Both the position numbers and the translations under genes were made by a program. The notes under the pieces were generated by a model. The model saw nothing but the letters and a program-made list of their open reading frames with translations, had not been told where the DNA came from and did not search any database. A stretch of DNA of 64,000 nt from Mobula hypostoma (Eukaryota): contig NC_086118.1 in NCBI RefSeq assembly GCF_963921235.1, positions 19,842,001 to 19,906,000 of the forward strand, written 5' to 3'. This document shows positions 37,190 to 49,604 of the stretch, one piece after another. Position 1 is the stretch's first letter, and each line of letters opens with the position of its first letter.

Positions 37190-37515
37190 TATTCAATAGG
37201 TTTCAATCTGATCCCCCACTCGTTCTTCTGAACTCCAGTGAGTACAGGCCCACAGCTATCAAGCGCTCCTTATAGATTTACCCGTTCATTCCTAGGATCA
37301 TTCTTGTGAACCTCCTCTGAAACCTCTCAAATGTCAGCATATGTCTTCTTAGATATAGGGCCCAAACATTGCTCACAATAGTCCAAGTGTGGTCTGAGCA
37401 ACGTGTTATAAACTCTTAGCATTACATCCTTGCTTTTATGTTGAAGCCCTCTCAAAAGTAATGTTATTATTGCATTTGCCTTCGTTACTAATGACTCAAC
37501 ATGCAAGTTAACCTT
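37190..37515 (-). mobile_element. CR1 RT C-terminal fragment
   Basis: Diverged homology to the LYK..RPHLEY..QRRFTR region of the other CR1s here. Confidence 0.75.
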
Positions 37516-37530
37516 CAGGAAACCTAAATT

Positions 37531-39843
37531 ATTGAGAATAAAAACGATCTAATTTATCTTTAGACATATGTGCTCTATGGACAACTTTAAATTGAATTAA
37601 GGAGTGTTTAGAAACATAGAAACATAGAAACATAGAAAATAGGTGCAGGAGTAGGCCATTCGGCCCTTCGAGCCTGCACCGCCATTTATTATGATCATGG
37701 CTGATCATCCAACTCAGAATCCAGCCTTCCCTCCATACCCCCTGACCCCTGTAGCCACGAGGGCCATATCTAACTTCCTTTTAAACATAGCTAATGAACT
37801 GGCCTCAACAGTTTGCTGTGGCAGAGAATTCCACAGATTCACCACTCTCTTGTGTGAAGAAGTTTTTCCTAATCTCAGTCCTAAAAGGCTTCCCCTCTAT
37901 CCTCAAACTGTGACCCCTCGTTCTGGACCTCCCCAACATCGGGAACAATCTTCCCGCATCTAGCCTGTCCAATCCCTTTAGGATCTTATACGTTTCAATC
38001 AGATCCCCCCTCAATCTTCTAAATTCCAACGAGTACAAGCCCAGTTCATCCAGTCTTTCTTCATATGAAAGACCTGCCATCCCAGGAATCAATCTGGTGA
38101 ACCTTCTTTGTACTCCCTCTATGGCAAAGATGTCTTTCCTCAGATTAGGGGACCAAAACTGCACACAATACTCCAGGTGTGGTCTCACCAAGGCCTTGTA
38201 CAACTGCAGTAGTACCTCCCTGCTCCTGTACTCGAATCCTCTCGCTATAAATGCCAGCATACCGTTCGCCTTTTTCACCGCCTGCTGTACCTGCATGCCC
38301 ACTTTCAATGACTGGTGTATAATGACACCCAGGTCTCGTTGCACCTCCCCTTTTCCTAATCGGCCACCATTCAGATAATAATCTGTTTTCCTATTTTTGC
38401 CACCAAAGTGGATAACTTCACATTTATCCACATTAAATTGCATCTGCCATGAGTTTGCCCACTCACCCAACCTATCCAAGTCACCCTGCATCCTCTTAGC
38501 ATCCTCCTCACTGCTAACACTGCCACCCAGCTTCGTGTCATCCGCAAACTTGGAGATGCTGCATTTAATTCCCTCATCCAAGTCATTAATATATATTGTA
38601 AACAACTGGGGTCCCAGCACTGAGCCTTGCGGTACCCCACTAGTCACCGCCTGCCATTCTGAAAAGGTCCCGTTTATTCCCACTCTTTGCTTCCTGTCTG
38701 CTAACCAATTCTCCACCCACACCAATACCTTACCCCCAATACCGTGTGCTTTAAGTTTGCACACTAATCTCCTGTGTGGGACCTTGTCAAAAGCCTTTTG
38801 AAAATCCAAATATACCACATCCACTGGTTCTCCCCTATCCACTCTACTAGTTACATCCTCAAAAAATTCTATGAGATTCGTCAGACATGATTTTCCTTTC
38901 ACAAATCCATGCTGACTTTGAGTTTAGAACAGATAGAGGAAGCATCGACTAGTTGTAAAATATGCGCCCAGTCATCCATCGGAATAATAAGACCCAATTC
39001 CTTTTCCCAATCTGACCTAATCTTATCAAATGGAGCTTTCCTAAGTTTTATAATAGTATTATAAATAATAGCCATTACACCCTTTTTGTGACAGATGTCA
39101 TGGGGAGATAGCTTCCTTAACTCATATGTTTTGGGCCTGTCCTACTTTGAAAACTTTTTGGAAAGGCATTTTTAATATTATTTCAAAGGTATTGAATATA
39201 GATATTTCTCCCCATCCTATTACTGCTATCATTGGATTACCTAAAATTTCCAGTAATCTCTCCTCTTCAGCCCATAGATTGATTGCATTTCTTACTTTAA
39301 TGGCGAAAAGATGTATTTTACAACATTGGAAGGAGATTAATGCTCCAACTACATTCTTTTGGTTTTCCCAGACGATACTATGTTTAAATTTGGAGAAAAT
39401 TAGAAGCAATTTTTATGATTCTTCAGTTAAATTTGAACAGACTTGGAGATCTTTTATTCAACATTTTCATTTAATGTAACTTTTTTTTTCTCTGGCCATA
39501 TCTATATTCCCTTCTTGCTTTTTTAACTGTTTCTAATGGAGTGATTGTTTTAAGTTGTTTAACTCTACTTGATACCTAGTTAGCCCATTGCCTTGCTTTG
39601 CTTTTTAGATTAGTTGCCCAGTGGGTTTTTTTTGTGGGGGGGTTGGGTTTTTTTTTTCCTTTTCCTCATTGACATGTTTGAAAATTAGTATACTATTATA
39701 TTACCTTGTTATTTTATATCTAAACTGCACTGTTTGTACTAACTCTTTTTTGTGTATCAATATTTTGTAAAGTTATATTGCAACTGTGTATCAGTGTCTA
39801 TATGGTTTACCTTTTGTGTACTAATTCAATAAAAAGATTTAAA
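37531..39843 (+). mobile_element. L1-clade LINE, 5'-truncated with an inverted 5' segment (37531-~39088) and a nested CR1
   Basis: 15-bp TSD CAGGAAACCTAAATT (37516-37530 / 39844-39858); plus-strand CDRC..HMFWAC knuckle, 3'UTR, AATAAA; minus-strand upstream ORF2 sequence. Confidence 0.92.
37610..38921 (-). mobile_element. Young CR1 family A copy 3, 5'-truncated in RT
   Basis: (AGAAACAT)3 tail; 365-aa ORF 37805-38902; TSD GTTTAGAA (37606-37613 / 38922-38929). Confidence 0.97.
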
Positions 39844-40259
39844 CAGGAAACCTAAATTGTTAATTGCTTGATTTATTCCAGAATGACATACATTTTTCTT
39901 TATATACTTTCTTTAAGATGAAATTCCAGCTGATTTCTACACAGGATCCTGCTCCCTCAGTCTACAATGGCAACCTGTGGCCTTTTCCCATTGAGCCTCT
40001 GTGAAACTGCATCCGTCACGGTGTGGTCAAGGACCTTGCAAAGTTCAAATCTTCAGCATTCCATCTATTTTCTTGCACTGGAAAGTTCACAATGTTTGGG
40101 AAAGCAGAACATGCCATTCAGTGAGTTGATGGTCTTCCAGCAGCATTTGATGGTTGCCTCAGTGTGTCTTTACAGCACATTCTTATGTTACACAGTTGTT
40201 CAAGATAAACCACAACAAAGATCACTTTCCAGATATTGTTGGTTAAAAATTACTTGCTG

Positions 40260-40695
40260 CCTGTTAAGGGATTTAGAGCAGCAATGAAGATCCTCCATCA
40301 CTGTCTGTCCTTGGCCAATTTTGGTGTTGGTCTTGGCGATGTTCAGGGCTTCCTTCATCGTGCCAGAAGCTTCCTGTTTCCTTTCACTACTGTCAGCCAT
40401 GAAAGTCTCGGGTGGACACTCGGAAATACCATCAAATTCAGATGTGGAAGGATTCTTCACTGCTGTTTCTGTAACAGTTTTGTTTGACCAGTCAGTGTTG
40501 TTACCCCTGAGCTGAACCCAGGAGCCTGGAGGACCGGTGGACATCTCTTAGTCTGGCCTCTACCCTTTGACCTGTTTGGTAAGGGTGATCCTACCAAGAG
40601 CCAAAGCATGATGCCCTGACTCCAGCCAGCATAGCTCTCTGGATCATTAAGGCAAGCAGCCCTTCAAACCAAGACACGGTTGTGGCTCTTTGGAA
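40260..40695 (-). mobile_element. RTE-derived non-autonomous element (Expander/BovB-like 5' end)
   Basis: Minus strand ...gaagggctgcttgccttaatgatccagagagctatgctg...ggtaggatcaccc resembles conserved RTE 5' UTRs. Confidence 0.55.
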
Positions 40696-42418
40696 GGTTG
40701 GCTAACACAGACTCTAGAAAATGGATAAGGGTCTCATCCCCACTTTAAGGTTGGGTGTTTGACAGTCTTTTTTTTAGGGATTCTTTTTGGGTTTCTTTGT
40801 TTTGTGGCTGCCTGTAAGGAAACAAATCTCAAGGTTGTATAATGTATACATAATTTATTAATAAATATACTTTGAACTTTGGTAACACGGAGGCTCTGAT
40901 AGTACAGGAAGAATCTGTCAAGGCGATTTTTTTCTTACTAGCAGCTAAGTGAAGTCTTGATGTTTGTTTAAAAGTTCTAAGAATGGGATATTATGTCAGA
41001 TGAATTTAACAGTCTGCTTTGAAATCATTCCTTTCCCCTCCTAGGTTTTGGCAGCATTTCAGTGCAGACCACCACCTACCTGACTTGTGACTAAAAGTGT
41101 TCTTTTGCACAGTCTTTTCAAGAATGGATAGATGCTTTGAGTCCTCTGAATGACTTGCCTGCTTTATTGTTGTTTATCTTGCAGCCACCTGGTCCCTATC
41201 TGCCTGAAAACCTTTGTACCTGAGGTTTCTACCCTTCGAAACACGTAGGGCTGCAATAACTTCAGCTGAAGCTGCAAAATACGAAGTGTGACTCCTCTGG
41301 CTGACAATGCTTCCCACATCTGTAGTTGAGCAGGAAGCATCTTGGGATTCCCACAAGGTACTGGACATGCACTCCATGGCTCAGAACTACCCTGCTATGT
41401 CTCCATGTATCATATTAACTCACCAAACAGAAATAAGGTAAGGGTACACTTCAGCTCCACCACAAGGGCCCTAAACTCCTACATTCTGACAACTTTCAGG
41501 TTCTTAAACCGATCAGCACGGCCCCTAACCCTACATCAGCAATGAATCGCTACAGGCCACCTCTTGCACTTCTAAGGGCTAGTCTTGGATTGTGCAAATT
41601 TTTGCACCAATGTCTCATTTTTGCAGTCTTTTTTTCTCTTGTATAATTCAATATATAATTTATTTTCTGAGTGTTATCATGCATCTCCACGCCTGTGATG
41701 CCACCCCTGAATTTTCCCATTGGACATGTACCTCACTGAACTTGTGCAAAGTAATATACTGTAAACTAGGCTTGGCTGGACCTCACCAAAATCCAGTGTT
41801 TCAAACTCTGGAGTCAGACTCAGTGCAACTTACTTGTCTTCATCATATTCTTCTCAAGCCCTTGATGACCCAGGCTCTCCGAGTTGACTGTTCTCATCTC
41901 AGTCTGGCTTGTTGATGCTGCAGAGACCAACCACTGGCAACTGGGGCATGCTCTTAGCTCTGCGGACCACTTGTCCTTCCCCCAAACTACTTCCCTTCAT
42001 TCTACTCTTTGACCAAACACTTGGGCACCTTTTCAACAGTTGATTTGGATTGTTTATTCAAACATTGTGACAGTTCTGTGAAAAGTAACACATTTTACTT
42101 TATAGTGATAGTTCTTTGCAAGGACAGCGCAAGTGCCTGATCACCCACAGACCTGCTCCAAGCACAGAGGGTCAAAATCCTGAAACTCCACACCCAGAGG
42201 GAGCACTTTACCGGATGAACTACAATGATACAATAAATTGTTTCACCACAAGAGTCCCAAATGCAAATCTAGAATTGCTAGAAATATGATAAATAGGGAT
42301 GTGGTATCCTGTAAATGCTGATTTTATCAGTGACTCACAGATGCTGATATATCAAAAGCAACACAAACAAAATGCTGGAGGAGCTCAGCAGATCAGGCAG
42401 CACCTAGGAGATGAAAAT

Positions 42419-42808
42419 ATTCAACATTTTCATATGATGTAATTTGACCTTTCTGAAACCTTCTTATTAACTTAAAATATATAAATAGAGGAGCAGAGTT
42501 GACGACATTATTGAACGTGTTCAATTTAGATAATGGTCTAGCCTCGTTTTGTTCCATTTGTTTTTTTGGGTTTAGTATTCAGTTCATTTTTTTTTGTTTC
42601 TTTTTGGGGGTTTTCTTTGTATTTTCTTTTTATTTCTTTTTTCTCTATAATTACATCATGAGTTTGGAAGTCTATTATATCTGTATTATCTGAAATCTTT
42701 TCTGTATATGTTTATTAACAATAAGATTATTTCAATCTCTCTGTATCAACGTTGTTATTTGGTTTATAGCTTTGGAAAATTAATGAACAGATTTAAAAAG
42801 AAAGGAAA
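42419..42808 (+). mobile_element. L1-clade 3' end inserted in the Penelope pLTR
   Basis: Starts with QHFHMM* like the L1 ORF2 end at ~39460 (QHFHLM*); T-rich 3'UTR and A-rich tail. Confidence 0.75.
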
Positions 42809-42817
42809 ATTAATAAG

Positions 42818-42857
42818 CAGTCGACGTTTCAGGGGCCGAGCCCTTTCTTCAGGACTG
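42818..42857 (-). ncRNA. Minimal type I hammerhead ribozyme motif
   Basis: Minus strand CAGUC-CUGAAGA-A-AGGG-CUCGGC-CCCU-GAA-ACGU-C-GACUG: 5-bp stem I, 4-bp stem II, palindromic ACGU stem III, GUC cleavage triplet. Confidence 0.8.
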
Positions 42858-44078
42858 GGAAAGAAGGAGGAAGATGCCAAAATGAAAAGGTGGGAGGAGG
42901 GAAAGGAGGATAGCTGAAAGGTGATACATGGGTAAGAAAGGTAAAGGGCTAGAGAGGAATGTCTGATAGGACTGAGAGAAAGGAATCTGATAGGATCATA
43001 GGAGAAAGAGAAGAAGGAGGGACACCAGTGGTACATGGTAGGCTGGTGAGAAGAGTTAAGGGGCCAGAGTGGGGAATAGAGGAAGAGGGGAGTGGGTAAT
43101 TTTATTTTAATCAGAAGGCGAAATCAATATTCATGCTATCAGGTTGGAGGAGACCCAGAGAGAATATAAGGAGTTGCTCCTCCATCCTGAGAGTGGTGTC
43201 ATCATGGCGCAAGAGGAACCCATGGACCGACATGTCGGAATGGAAAAGGGATTCAGAATTAAAAATTTTGGCCACTGGGAAGTTCCGCATATGGTGGTTG
43301 GAACTGAGGTTCTCGACGAAGTGGTCCCCCAGTTTACATTAGACCTACCAGCGCAGAAGAGCATGTATTGGGAGCACTGGAGACAATAGGCGACCCTAAC
43401 AGATTCGCAGGTGAAGTATTGCCTCACCTGAAAGGACAATTTGAGGCCCAAAACGGAGGCAAGGGAGAAGTGAATGAGCAGGTGCTACACTTTGGCTGCT
43501 TGCAGGGACAAGTGCCGGGAGGGAGGTTAGTGAGGAGAGACGAATAGACAAAGGAATCATGGAGGGAGCATTCCCTGTGGAAAGCGGAGGGTGGGAGGTA
43601 GAGATATGTTTGCTGGAAGGGTCCCTTTGGAGATGGTGGAATTTGTGGAGAATGATGTGTTGGATGTGGAGGCTCATGGTGATAGGTAAGGACAAAAGGA
43701 ACTCTATCACTGCTAGGCCGGCAGGAAGATGGGGTGAGCATGGATGTTTGGGAAAATGGAGGAGATGCGGGTGAGGGCAGCATCAATGGTGAAGGAAGGG
43801 AAACCCCATCCTTTGAAGAAGAAGGACCTGGAAAGGAAAAATGCATCCTGGGAACAGATGAAGGAACTGAGAAAAGGAAATTGTATTTTTGCAGGAGAGA
43901 GGGTGGGAAGAGTTTAGTCAAGATAACCGTAGGAATCAGTTATCAGATATATCAAGGTTGTTTCAATGTTTACGACAAACAACTCTTTTCTTTGCCATTT
44001 TCTGCTGTATAATGCTTTACATTTTGGCAGCTTTTCCTATTCTCTGTTCCCATTCATTTCAATCAATCAGAGTTATTA

Positions 44079-44411
44079 TTCGTTCCCATTCTTTTCTCAA
44101 TCAGAGTTTTTCTTTGGCATGTGCCTGCATGCGTGTGAGTCTGTGCGTTTGCCTGCTTGCATCCGTGATTATGTCTTTTCATGGCTTTTTACAAGGCACG
44201 GAGCGAGAGAGGGAGACTGTGTGGTGCCCCTCTTGTCACATAGACATTTTTGCAGTATCTTTCCCTTTATTTTACGAGGTCGAGTTGCGATCTCGACACT
44301 CAACCCGGTATGGATAGAAAGCATACTTGGGAACGGACCCAACTGGTTTCAGACCCAGGAACCTCCGCTCCCGGGTCCGGCGCCCAATGTCATTGCGCCA
44401 CCAGTCGGCCC
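44079..44411 (-). mobile_element. tRNA-derived SINE
   Basis: Minus strand begins GGGCCGACTGGTGGCGCAATG (A box) ... GGTCTGAAACC (B-box-like); flanked by TCAATCAGAGTTATTA (44063-44078 / 44412-44427). Confidence 0.7.
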
Positions 44412-46059
44412 TCAATCAGAGTTATTAATGGTGCATAGAAAGTTACCTTTGATTAATATAGTTATATATCAATGATATTGTTACAATAGGAGATGTTACT
44501 TTCGGCAGTTGCCAAATACTTCTTCATTCCATCAGACAGCAGGGTCAAGTTTTGCTGGTAATCAAATACTTGGTGTAATCTCACACTTGAGACCTTTCTT
44601 ATTAGCATACAAATATAACAATCAAGAAATAATTCTACCGCTGTATAAAACAATATTTAACAGAAAGATGGGAAAATGAAAAAAACAGAAGGATAGGAAT
44701 CCAATTATATTTAGATGGGGGCAGGAAAGGTGATGAAGGACATCAGTTGTGCCTGGAAGGACTAAGTTGAACAAAACAAATTTAATTTTTGAATACTAAA
44801 GAAAATCCAATATACATTTTGATGATTAAAAAGATTAAGTGGCTCGATGAGTCAAAACTCAATGTACAAGGGAAAAAGAATATTAATTTCTATAGTGCCT
44901 TTCCCAATCTCAGAATATAACAAAGCATTTTGCAATAAATCGTGTAAATTTTAAGTGCTATATAGGAAGTTGAGCGCATAAACATTAAAATTATAAGTAA
45001 TGCATTTTATTGTTGGATGAACTTTGTTTTCCTGAATATTATAAAATCATGATTCCAAGTGTGCAAATAATTTATACCCCGTGTTAGGCAGGTGCAGAAA
45101 GAATATCGTCCAACAAGACATCCCCATGCTGGCTGAGCCCTCTAACAGCATCCTTTGAATTTTTATAGGATAGAAATAATAAACCAGAAAAAATAGCCCA
45201 GTAAGGAAAATAATTCTACAGAAAGATCCTTTCTAGCCCTCTTGGGCAAGCAGAGATACTTTGGGGAGACTCTGTGTTCAAGCAAGATTGTAGATCATAG
45301 TGCAAGACCAGTTTTCATCCTTATCTTCTTATGTTCACTCAGATAGGAAGTAATAAATATCAGAAAATGAAATAGCAAGCCTTTCTACTCATCTACCCTT
45401 TTGACAGCTTTAATAGCTGCTTACATTTTCTAGGAAACATGAATCTTGACAGCTAAAGTTTTCTTAAGAGACAGGAGGAAGCCTCATGAATGAATTCACA
45501 GTTTGGTACAGTTCTGTCACAGTGCCAACTTCTAATCTCACATACGATTAATCACAGAATAATCTTAGCACAGACCATTCAGCCCACTACATCTTTGCAG
45601 GCTTAGGTATGAGGAATTCTGCTAGTTACTGTATGTTTCTTCACATTCCCTAGAGCCCTGTGATTGCATTCCCTTCATATAATTATACAACAAGCTTCTG
45701 AACATTACAATTGAATCTGTCTTCACTCTCACCCTGGATCAAACATTTCATACCTTAACGCCTTACTGAATCAAAATGAATTTCCTCTTGTCAGTTTTGG
45801 TTCTTTTGCCCATCACTTTCATTCTCTCTCCCCAGGTTCTTGATCCCCTCCTTATTTTCCCACTGTGTGTAGGCACTTCTTGTTTCGGAATCAGAATCAG
45901 GTTTATTCGACCTGTCTTATATCGTATGAAATGTGTTGTACAACGGTACAGTGCAAAAACATTAAGTTACAATAAATTACTAAGTAAATAAACAAACAAA
46001 CAAATAAATAGATAAATAATGCTAAACTAAATGAATGGTGTGGTAGTGTTCATTGGTTC

Positions 46060-46660
46060 TTGGACCCACTTTAAGTGCTCCTGTCAGATCCCTTCTATTA
46101 AAAGGAGAACAAGCACAGTGCTCCAATCTTTCCACATAACTAACATCTGTCATCCCTAGAATCACTTCAATAAATTTATTTTGCACCTCAAGCCTGTACA
46201 TCTTTCCTGAGGTTAGGCACTCAAGACTATGCACACTATAGCAGTTTTAGTCTAACAAATGCTTATAAAACTAATCATGACTGCCTTGATTCGCACTCTG
46301 TGCCTTAATTTGTGAAGCCCAAGACTGTAAAGGCTTTCTTAATCACTTTGTCAACCTGGTCAACCACTTTCAATGACTAACATGCATTCCGGATCTCTTC
46401 ACTCTTGTCGCCCTTTAAGAATTGTGCCCTGTTTATTTTGCCTCTTATTCTTCCAATCAAAGTACATTTTGCAATTTCACCTGCCATTTTACCACCCATT
46501 GCACTTGCCTCCATAATTTCTGTCTGCCTCAAGGTGCATCTGCAAACTTGGGAACTGTGCCTTATAGAAGTAACAGTAAAGAGCTGTGATCCTAGTCTCA
46601 GACTCCAAGGAACTCCACTCCTCATGTCCCTCCAGTCCAAAAAACAACTTCTCTTTTGTT
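46060..46660 (-). mobile_element. Very old CR1 RT fragment
   Basis: DWRDMRSGVPW..LGSQLFT in ORF 46377-46808; SYVERLE in ORF 46022-46234. Confidence 0.6.
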
Positions 46661-47489
46661 TCCTGCTTCTATTCATTCTAGTATTCGTTCTAATCATTCT
46701 TTCTAGCACTTCCAGTTCATCAGTCTTTAGCCCAAGTGCTTTCTGCTTTATCTGCCTCAGTGCAGAATTGGTACAAGACGTGAAATGGCCATTTGAGTTC
46801 ATTCTCAAAGATATGCATGGAGATGCTACAAAATAATTCTCAAAGGAAATATATTCTTGCAGTCACTTTTAATGATTTTAATCACCTAGAATCCTATGAA
46901 TTTCAGACACTGAATGCAGTTTCCTGTGGGCCTACCCAAGGAAGAGAAGCAGGAGGAGTAAATAAACTATACATTTGGCAGCGGGAGAGGGAGTAAGAAG
47001 ATGGTCTTGATTTCCCAATATATCTCCCTTGAAAAAGGCATCGCAAGAATTTGATTCTCGAGGTCCGAACTGTGCACAATTTCTAAGATCTGCAGCAAAC
47101 ATCTGTAACTGATACTGCATTACCTATTGAAGTTAAGGGTGCTGCAGGTTTGAACTTCATTGTCCCAAACTCCTATCTGCCACTACAGGAAATATGAGAA
47201 AAATTAATCCATTGGTTGCCTATGTTTGCAATAACCAGCTGACAGATACCTGTCAATAGAGCTACTAGTACTTGATGTTTCAATCCCTATGGTAAGTTAG
47301 TACTCTCGATGTTGGCAGTGGGTTTAGAGTGGTGACAAGGAGGGAGGGTAGGTACGTCATCAAATGTATTTGTCACTTCCCCAAAGGCAACTTTCAACAG
47401 TGGAGTTGGGTTCTAGCATTCATGCACATTTCAGGATTCTACCATGCACCATACACATCCTTATCTACACCGATTATTTATATATTTTA

Positions 47490-47737
47490 TTATTTAGAAA
47501 TGCAACACAGCAACAGGTCCTCTGGCCCAGCAAGCCAGTGCCGCCCCATCACACCTGTGTGACCAATTAACCTACTAACCTGTGCATCTTTGGCATTTGG
47601 GATGAAAGCAGAGCACCTGGAGGAAGCATGTGCATGGGGGAGAACAGACAAACTCCTCATAGACAGCAGCAGAACTGAACGCAGGTTGCTGGTGCTGTAA
47701 GAGCTCGATGCTATCCGCTACACTATCGTGTCAGCCC
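47490..47737 (-). mobile_element. HE1-like V-SINE
   Basis: gagcacctggaggaa...ggggagaacagacaaactcc V-domain, tRNA-like head at the right, CR1-like tail at the left. Confidence 0.8.
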
Positions 47738-47974
47738 TAGTTGTTTTCTTCATACTATACAACTGCACTCACCAGTTTTCACTGCATCCATTATGATAAT
47801 CCATACCTGATGTATGACAAGTAGAACTGCAATATTCAGGACACCACCAATTTTCCAACAGTTGCATACCTTTTGGTTCTACCAGTCAGACCTTGACTGC
47901 TTCACCATACCCAGCCACTAGAAGACAATTGAAGTCTGAGAATGCTTAACTCACTTCTTGTATATGGAATGCAA

Positions 47975-48360
47975 AGGGTCATAGAGCCATACAATGTGAA
48001 AACAGGCATTCAGCCCACCACATCCAAACCAACAGTGGGAACCCATCTGTATTCATCCAATTTTCCAGGCACTATCCCTTCTCCAGAGTAAATAGACATG
48101 GCCTCTCCAGTCTCTCCTCACAACTGAAATGTTCTGACCCAAGCAACATCCTGATGAATCTCCTCTGCACCCGTCTCCAGCATGAATGCAACCTTCCTAT
48201 AGTGTGGTGACCAGAAGTATTCCAGATGAGGTAGGACCAGTACATCATAAAGTTTGAACATAACCTCCCTGTTCTTGAATTCATGTTCCAACAAATGAAG
48301 CCAATATTTCCCATGCTTAATTAATTCTCCACATTAAATACCTGTGCTCCCACCTTCAGA
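47975..48360 (-). mobile_element. Old CR1 3' fragment
   Basis: RVQRRFIRML..FSCEERLER in ORF 48072-48314. Confidence 0.7.
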
Positions 48361-49604
48361 GATCAGTCCATTCTACAATACAGAACTGTACGGCAGTTGG
48401 GTTCAAGGACCAAATAAAACATCAATCAGGCAGTCGAGACAAATCCCTGAAGAATGATTTGGATGGTCAGACTAGTCTAGCTTTCTGGAACTCAGCAGAG
48501 AAAGATGCCACGAGTGATTGTGATTAGTATCTGCAACATTACTTTTGAAACCATTACTGACAGGCAGACTTTTAACATAAGGTGGGAGATGACAGTAATG
48601 ATGTGATGGTGAGTCAAGTCTGTTCAACAGCAGTTTATTAAAAACAATCTGTCAGATTGTCATGTCCAACATCGCAACATGTCTTTCCTTCTTCCAGTCA
48701 AATCCATCTGCTCAAAATGATACTTATGTCAATTAGTAGGACCAGCAGCCACACGAAGACTTCTAACAGCTGTAGTCATTATGGCTTATAGATAGGCCTA
48801 CTCACTGGTCTGTGGTTTTCAATATAAATATGACTGTTTTTCAATAGTAAGAGTAATTTAGCATCCTAAAGCTTTCTTGGCAGTGCTAGCCTCATAATCC
48901 ATAGAGAAAGTAGATGGGAATTCTGATGTTCTTTTGCTTGTACTACCTGGGTAAGATTCTACTTCCACATGTTCACCTGGGAGTTCTATACTCTTCATTG
49001 TGGGCAGGTGAGAATTCTGTTCCTGTTCACTTCTGCTAGAGCAAAAGAATTTCAATGCCTTTACTTTGATAGCATGCCAGTTAGTCTAATTTTTTCGCGA
49101 ACATTGCAGACCTGGCTACGACAACATCCATTTTTAATAGCATATTTTCTATTGTTATTTAAAGATCTTTAGCTGAAGGATAACTCCTCCTTAACTCTTT
49201 CCAGTGTGTTTTTCCAACCATTCTGTTCTCCACTGTTACTGTTTGTATTCCTTCTTCTCTTAGAATCTAGTTACTTGTTAAATTTACAGCCCACTCACCT
49301 TCTTGTGACCCAACTCATCTTTCGCTGGTCATTGTTTCCATATTCTCCTCCCATCTCTTTCATGCATGCCGAAAATGCTCCAGCTTAATTTAATACTGTC
49401 AGTTTATCTCTTAAACTCCTTAGATTTGTTCCTGCTATTAGCTGCATTTAAAAGACTTTTTTTGTTTATGGAATTCAAATACAAAAATCCTATTTTGTTC
49501 ATGTCGGGTTTTCTAGTTGTGTCAGCCTTCTTAAAGGTGTTCCTCACCTATTCACTCAGATTATAAATGCTTCATTTTCTTCAGTTTTCTCTTTTTAGAT
49601 GTAT

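Larger units (their letters stand above)
42335..43920 (-). mobile_element. Penelope-like element: GIY-YIG endonuclease remnant, hammerhead, pLTR
   Basis: FQVRQYFTCESVRVAYCLQC (ORF 43131-43451), DRVPFVLTYH, PPGTCPCKQPKCSTC (ORF 43424-43921); pLTR at 42335-42415. Confidence 0.9.

Noticed and set aside
37609..37640. Short tandem arrays as CRISPR or telomeric repeats
   Set aside because: They are LINE 3' tails; no spacers, no cas genes, eukaryotic context
40540..40695. HDV-like ribozyme at the RTE-derived 5' end
   Set aside because: I could not fold a nested double pseudoknot by eye; needs a motif search on the consensus
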